DNA from: an uncultured Verrucomicrobiae bacterium
GTDB lineage: Bacteria > Verrucomicrobiota > Verrucomicrobiia > Chthoniobacterales > JAATET01
DNA length: 64,000 nucleotides
Assembly: GCA_963719495.1 (NCBI GenBank)
Contig: CAVRCI010000002.1
Location: 288,001 to 352,000, forward strand
Direction of reading: 5' to 3'
The notes under the pieces are model-generated. The model had not been told where the DNA came from and searched no databases. It saw only the letters and a list, made by a program, of their open reading frames with translations. A program made the translations under genes and the position numbers. Numbering within the stretch: position 1 is the first letter of the stretch; every line of letters starts with the position of its first letter. Of this stretch, positions 58,946-64,000 are shown one piece after another.

Positions 58946-61614
58946 GATTGCGGACGCTGAGGGTGCGAAATTACCGCATTCACCGCGAGACCGTCGTCGA
59001 CTTCGACGCGAACCGCACGCTCATCGGCGGACCGAACGAAAGCGGGAAGAGCACACTCGTCGAAGCGTTGCACCGGGCGTTTTTTCTCAAAGCAAAAGGG
59101 AACACGGAATTCCACCGCGCGATGATCTCGGATCACGGCGGCAAGCCGGAGGTCGACGTCGTCTTCGAAGCGGGTGGCGTCGAATACGAACTCAAGAAGT
59201 GCTTCGGCACCACCGTGACGCTGGCGGCGGCGGGACGACCCGCGCTCTCCGGCGACGAAGCCGAGGCGAAGATCGCGGCGCTTGTCGCCATCGCGGAGCC
59301 CGTGAGTGGCCGGGCGGTGCTCGCGCAATGGGGGCACCTCTGGGTTTGGCAGGGGAGCGGCGGTGACGACCCGACCGGTGATGCCGCCGCGCAGAGCGCG
59401 CCGCTCATGCAGCGCCTGCGGGATATGGGGGGAGCGGCAGCGCTCCAGTCGGACTTCGATGCGGCTGTGGCGGCGGGGTTCGCCGCGAACGTGGAGCGAA
59501 TTTTCCGCAAGAACGGCGAAGCGAAAGCCGGCTCGGAGTGGGAAATTGCCGCAACGGAAGAGGCGGCTGGCCAGGTGCGGGTGGCCGCGGCTCGCGAGCG
59601 GCTCGACGCCTCGCTCGCGGCGGCGGACGACCTGGAACGTGCCTCGGTCGACTTGACCGCGGCCGAGCGAAGTCTTGGAGACCTCAAACGCGAGCGCGAA
59701 GCGACGGACGGCCGGGCGGTCCGAGTCGAAGGCCTTCGGCGAACGGAGGAAGCCGAGGGCCGCGCCGTCGCCGAAGCTGAGAAAGTAGCCAGCGCCTTCC
59801 GCGCCGAGGTCGAGCGGATCGAGGCATTGATCAGCGACCTCGAACGACGGGACGCCGCCCTCGCCCCGATGAACGCCGACGTCGAGCGCCTGCGCGCCGC
59901 GGCGACGCGCGCGCGGGAATCGGCGGGCGTGGCCGCGGCGCGAAGTGACGAAGCGGCCCGCAATCTCAAGTCGGCCCGCCAACGCCGCGACCACCTCGCC
60001 GCGTGCGTGGCGGTCGGGGAACGCACGGTGGCGGTCGCCGAGCTGGCCGCTCGATTTGCCGCCGTCGAAGCGTCCCAACAGCAGTTGCTCACCCTCCGCG
60101 GCGAACTCGCCCGATTGCCGCAAGTCGACGCCGCGCAGCTCGCCGCGCTGCGGACCGCCGCCGACGAGGTCACGCGATCGCAGGCCGCGTTGGCAGCCAT
60201 GGCCGCCGGTCTGGAAGTCGTGGCCTCGACCGAGCCGGTCGTCGTCGGCGGGAAAACTCTCGGGGCGGGCGAAGCGGTCGTCCTTTCGGAAGACACCGAG
60301 GTGAGCGTGGGCGGGACCCTGCGATTGAAAATCCGCCCCGGCGGCGGGACCAGCCTCGCCGAAGCGCGCCGGCGAGTCGCCGACCGAAACGCCGAATTCG
60401 AACGCTCGCTCGCCGCTCTCGGACTCCCGGACGTCGCCGCCGCGAACGAAGCCGCCGAAGCCAGGCGGACGCTGGCCGTCCGGATCGAATCGACCGAGGA
60501 CGCCCTGCGGGAGCGGCGCGCCGACGAGCTCCCTGCGAAGCTCGCCGCCGAGCGCGAAGCACTCGCCGCCGCCGAGGCCGACCGGGACCGGCGAAGCGCG
60601 GGTGGGGGGGCGCCACCGGAGCCAGCCGGGCTTCGGGACGAACTGACCGCCGCGGAGCGCGTGCTGGCGGAAGCGGAGGAAGCCGAAGCCAAGGCCCGAT
60701 CCACCCGCGACGCTGAGGAAAAGGCGTCCACCGAAGCCGAAACGCGCCTTGCGGGGCAGGCCGACGCGACCGAGCGCGACCGGCGCGGGGCGGCTGACGC
60801 GCGGGCGCAGCTCAAACTTCTCGAAGCGACCCACGGCGACGGACCGAGGCGAACGCAAACAACCCGCGGTCTGGCCGAGACGCGGAACCAGGCCGAGCGG
60901 GCGCTCGCCACGACGCGCTCGGCGTTGACCGAGCTCGACGCCGCCCACCTCGTCGGCGACCTCGCGCGACTCGCCCGCGCGGTCGAGACCACCCTGTCGG
61001 CCATCAACGACGCCCGCACCCGCATCGCGGTATCCGGCTCGCGACTGCGGTCCGACGGCAGCGAAGATCCCCGGGCGGATCTCGAAACCGCGCTGGCCCA
61101 GCAAGGGGCGGCGGAAGCCCACGCGCGGTCGACCCGGCGGCGAGCCGAAGCCATCCGGCTGCTGGACGCTCTCTTCACCGACGCCCAGCGATCCCTCGCG
61201 GACCGATTCACCCGACCGCTGGCGGAGACGATCACCGCTTACCTCGAATGCCTCTTCGGGGCGGGAGCGACCGCGTCGGTCGTCTTCCACGAAGGCGAAT
61301 TCTCGGGACTTCAGCTCACGCGGTCGGCGGCCGACGGCGGGACGTTCGCGTTCGAAACGCTCAGCGGGGGAGCCCGCGAACAATTCGCCGCAGCCGTGCG
61401 ACTGGCCGTCGCGGAGGTTCTCAGCGCCGACTTCGACGGCTGCCTGCCCGTGATTTTCGACGACGCCTTCGCTTACTCCGACCCCGGCCGCGAGCGATCC
61501 CTGCAACGCATGCTCGACCGGGCCGCCGAGCGTGGCCTCCAGATCATCGTCCTCACGTGCGACCCCGCTCCCTACGCGAGCCTGGGAGCGAAAGTCGTCG
61601 CGCTGCCCGCCTGA
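58942..61614 (+). CDS. SMC/Rad50-like coiled-coil ATPase (YhaN-like)
   Basis: GPNESGKST, long Ala/Glu/Arg coiled coil, LSGGAREQ, IFDDAFAYSD; ATGA-coupled to the nuclease gene. Confidence 0.9.
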   Translation: MRLRTLRVRNYRIHRETVVDFDANRTLIGGPNESGKSTLVEALHRAFFLKAKGNTEFHRAMISDHGGKPEVDVVFEAGGVEYELKKCFGTTVTLAAAGRPALSGDEAEAKIAALVAIAEPVSGRAVLAQWGHLWVWQGSGGDDPTGDAAAQSAPLMQRLRDMGGAAALQSDFDAAVAAGFAANVERIFRKNGEAKAGSEWEIAATEEAAGQVRVAAARERLDASLAAADDLERASVDLTAAERSLGDLKREREATDGRAVRVEGLRRTEEAEGRAVAEAEKVASAFRAEVERIEALISDLERRDAALAPMNADVERLRAAATRARESAGVAAARSDEAARNLKSARQRRDHLAACVAVGERTVAVAELAARFAAVEASQQQLLTLRGELARLPQVDAAQLAALRTAADEVTRSQAALAAMAAGLEVVASTEPVVVGGKTLGAGEAVVLSEDTEVSVGGTLRLKIRPGGGTSLAEARRRVADRNAEFERSLAALGLPDVAAANEAAEARRTLAVRIESTEDALRERRADELPAKLAAEREALAAAEADRDRRSAGGGAPPEPAGLRDELTAAERVLAEAEEAEAKARSTRDAEEKASTEAETRLAGQADATERDRRGAADARAQLKLLEATHGDGPRRTQTTRGLAETRNQAERALATTRSALTELDAAHLVGDLARLARAVETTLSAINDARTRIAVSGSRLRSDGSEDPRADLETALAQQGAAEAHARSTRRRAEAIRLLDALFTDAQRSLADRFTRPLAETITAYLECLFGAGATASVVFHEGEFSGLQLTRSAADGGTFAFETLSGGAREQFAAAVRLAVAEVLSADFDGCLPVIFDDAFAYSDPGRERSLQRMLDRAAERGLQIIVLTCDPAPYASLGAKVVALPA

Positions 61615-61825
61615 CCTCCCTTCGATCGGGAAGGCGATTTCCGTCCGAAAGCCCCGTTCCGCCGGCTCCGGGATTCGGGGGAACGCGCCGGCCCGTTTCC
61701 CAACCGCCTCGCGCAGCGCGGCGACGACCACCTCCGAATTCCGCGCCGGGAGTCGAAAATGAGACTCGGGAGACCTTGTCGGAAGGTGTTGGCGTGGATT
61801 CGTAGTCCTGAAATATTCGCGAAAA

Positions 61826-62191
61826 ATGGGAAACGGATCGGATGATGGACGCTGCGTGGTTTGCGCGCTGCCTCTGCCCAAAAAATCGACCGACGGGATC
61901 TGCAGTCGACGGTGTGCCGGCCTGCGTCGGCGGGCGGAAGCGGTGACCGGTCCGGAGCGGGAGCGATGGAAGGTGGCGATTCTCGAACGGTTGGAGCGCC
62001 TGAAGAAGGGCGCGACGATGTGTCCCGGGGCGATGGCGCGCGAGCTCATGCCGGACGAACCTCACCCGCTTGCTTTGCTCAGACCATTGCTCTTCGAACT
62101 ACAGGAACAACGGCGGGTCAAGCTCAGCCAAGCCGGGCAGGCCGTCATCTGGCAGAAGGTCAGGGGACCGTTTCGCGTGCGGCTGCGCTGA
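61826..62191 (+). CDS. Cys-finger plus DUF3253-like small protein
   Basis: CVVC...CSRRC, then IL..L.....TMCP..AR...RGPFRVR. Confidence 0.7.
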   Translation: MGNGSDDGRCVVCALPLPKKSTDGICSRRCAGLRRRAEAVTGPERERWKVAILERLERLKKGATMCPGAMARELMPDEPHPLALLRPLLFELQEQRRVKLSQAGQAVIWQKVRGPFRVRLR

Positions 62192-62344
62192 GGGGCTTCC
62201 GTCTTCGGGTGACGCCGCGGCGACGGTCTGTAAATGACGGTCCCGGTCGGGCTTCGTGGGTAGCGGCGTCTGCTTGTCGGGAGAGCTTTGGGGAGGTGGG
62301 TGGCTGCCTCGGAGAAGAAGTGGGAACGCGGCGGCGCGGCTTCC

Positions 62345-62917
62345 CTACCTTGGGACGAGGGTGGAAGGGGGGGCGTCCCAGAGATTGCGGGCGGTGAGGT
62401 ATTTTCGGAGGAGGACGAGGGTGGCCACGGCGTCGCAGAGGGCGTCGTGCCAGTGGAACGTGGGGATCAGGTCGAAGCATTCGGACTCGACGCCGAAGGT
62501 CGCCGCCAGACTGCCGAGGGCGTGGGATTCGGCGTGCGGGGCGGCTTCGCGGTAGAGGGTGAGGGTGTCGAGCCAGGGCTCGAAGCCGTGGAAGGGGAAG
62601 GCTCGGAGGAAGCGCTTCTCGGTGCCGGCTCCGTGGGCGACGACGACGCGGTCGCGGAGGCGGGTGCGGAATTCCGGCCAGAGGTCGAGCATTGTCGGGG
62701 CGTCGGCGATGTCTTCGTCGCTGATGCCGTGGACCTGGCGGGCGGTCCAGGCGACGGGGCGGTCGGTGCGGAGGTAGGAGGTGAAGAGGCCGTCGATGTG
62801 GCCGTTTTTCAGCTGGGCGATGCCGACCTGGATGGGGACGTCGGTCTGACCGCGGAGGACGCCGGCGCTCTCGAAATCGATGGCCGCGAAGGTGAGGTCG
62901 CGGATGGTGGTAGGCAT
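62345..62917 (-). CDS. DEDDh 3'-5' exonuclease (DnaQ-like)
   Basis: AIDFESAG, VHGI, VAHG, WLDTL, HDALCDA. Confidence 0.88.
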   Translation of the reverse strand: MPTTIRDLTFAAIDFESAGVLRGQTDVPIQVGIAQLKNGHIDGLFTSYLRTDRPVAWTARQVHGISDEDIADAPTMLDLWPEFRTRLRDRVVVAHGAGTEKRFLRAFPFHGFEPWLDTLTLYREAAPHAESHALGSLAATFGVESECFDLIPTFHWHDALCDAVATLVLLRKYLTARNLWDAPPSTLVPR

Positions 62918-63015
62918 GTGGTTGGGGGTGGGTGGCGTGATCTAGCGGTTGCGCTTTTGATGCTGACTGGGCGCCGCGGCGGGTGGCTCAGGTGGCGAAG
63001 CCTTTCCCTAATTTG

Positions 63016-63121
63016 CTGTCATGTTGAGCGGAGCGAAACATCTCTGACTTCTCAGGATTCGGGGTCGAGATGGCGGTGAAGAGTGTGAGCCAGAGATTCT
63101 TCGCTTCGCTCAGAATGACAG
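63016..63121. repeat. inverted family A REP pair
   Basis: CTGTCATGTTGAGCGGAGCGAAACATCTCTG ... CAGAGATTCTTCGCTTCGCTCAGAATGACAG. Confidence 0.85.
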
Positions 63122-63164
63122 GGTTGGGGGGCGCTCCGCGCTTCGGTGCGACGCTTGGTTTGGA

Positions 63165-64000
63165 TCACTCGCGCAGAAGCGCTTCCGTCGCCGCCCAATC
63201 CAGGCAGGCGTCGGTGATCGAGACTCCGTATTGGAGGTTGTCCAGGCCGTCGGTGTCCGACGGTTGCGCGCCGAATTCGAGGTTGCTTTCCAGCATGGCT
63301 CCGATGAGCTCTTGGCGACCGGCTTCCCGCTGGCCGATGACGTCGCGCCAGACGGCGGGTTGGCGGGCGGGGTCTTTGCCGGAATTTGCGTGGCTGCAGT
63401 CGACCATGATGGCGGTTGGCAACTTGGCTTTTTCCAAACGCTCGATGGCGGTGCCGACGCTGGCTTGGTCGTAGTTCGTGCCGTCGCGGCCGCCGCGGAG
63501 GACGACGTGGCAATTCGGGTTGCCGGTCGTTTTGATGATGCTGGTGGAGCCGTCCTGATCCATTCCGAGGAAGCTGTGGGGGCTGCGGCTGGACTTCATC
63601 GCGTCGATGGCGGTCTGGATGCTGCCGTCGGTGCCGTTTTTGAAGCCGACGGGCATCGAGAGGCCGCTGGCGAGCTCGCGGTGGGTCTGGGATTCCGTCG
63701 TGCGGGCTCCGATGGCGGACCAACTGATGAGGTCGGCGATGTATTGCGGGATGATGGGATCGAGAAATTCCGTGGCGGTGGGGAGACCGAGTGCGGTGAT
63801 GTCGAGGAGGAGCTTGCGGGCGAGGGCGATGCCGTGGGCGAGGTCGCAGGAGTCGTCGAGGTGCGGGTCGTTGATGAGGCCCTTCCAACCGACGGTGGTG
63901 CGGGGTTTCTCGAAGTAGACGCGCATGATGATCTCGTAGCGGTCGGAGACTTCGTCGCGGAGGGCGGCGAGGCGGCGGGCGTAGTCAAGGGCGGCGGCGG
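63165..64000 (-). CDS. DAHP synthase class I-alpha (AroF/G/H type), 5' end outside the window
   Basis: [59 protein letters not shown]; frame open to the window end. Confidence 0.95.
   Translation of the reverse strand, partial: AAALDYARRLAALRDEVSDRYEIIMRVYFEKPRTTVGWKGLINDPHLDDSCDLAHGIALARKLLLDITALGLPTATEFLDPIIPQYIADLISWSAIGARTTESQTHRELASGLSMPVGFKNGTDGSIQTAIDAMKSSRSPHSFLGMDQDGSTSIIKTTGNPNCHVVLRGGRDGTNYDQASVGTAIERLEKAKLPTAIMVDCSHANSGKDPARQPAVWRDVIGQREAGRQELIGAMLESNLEFGAQPSDTDGLDNLQYGVSITDACLDWAATEALLRE

Overview
High-GC (roughly two-thirds by eye) bacterial chromosome segment, most likely Verrucomicrobiota (inferred from the L28, LepB, TIGR04073-type and DUF4912-type proteins and from ffh-rpsP-khpA lacking rimM). 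It is mostly housekeeping and metabolic genes: pgsA-der, PBP1A, trmD-rph-rpmB, xerC, a DegP-like protease, ffh-rpsP-khpA, deoC plus aldehyde dehydrogenase, tRNA-Glu(CUC), lepB, glyA, ribBA, amtB-PII under a sigma54 promoter, dinB, glgX-treY-treZ, an Mre11/Rad50-like (YhaO/YhaN) pair and DAHP synthase. I saw no prophage, CRISPR array or rRNA. The unusual content is (i) at least six REP-like palindrome families plus MITE-like elements, one copy inserted in frame inside treZ and two supplying stop codons; (ii) a ~265-bp MITE with terminal inverted repeats and a target-site duplication, and a 639-bp internally deleted IS; (iii) period-7 tandem repeats filling short intergenic gaps; (iv) a lower-GC ABC-ATPase plus TOPRIM-like pair resembling anti-phage systems, with an in-frame TAG where Trp is expected; (v) two fusions (LMW phosphatase-GlyA and CtaG-polyferredoxin); and (vi) an SSW octapeptide-repeat protein. 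All family assignments come from motif recognition by eye, not from database searches.
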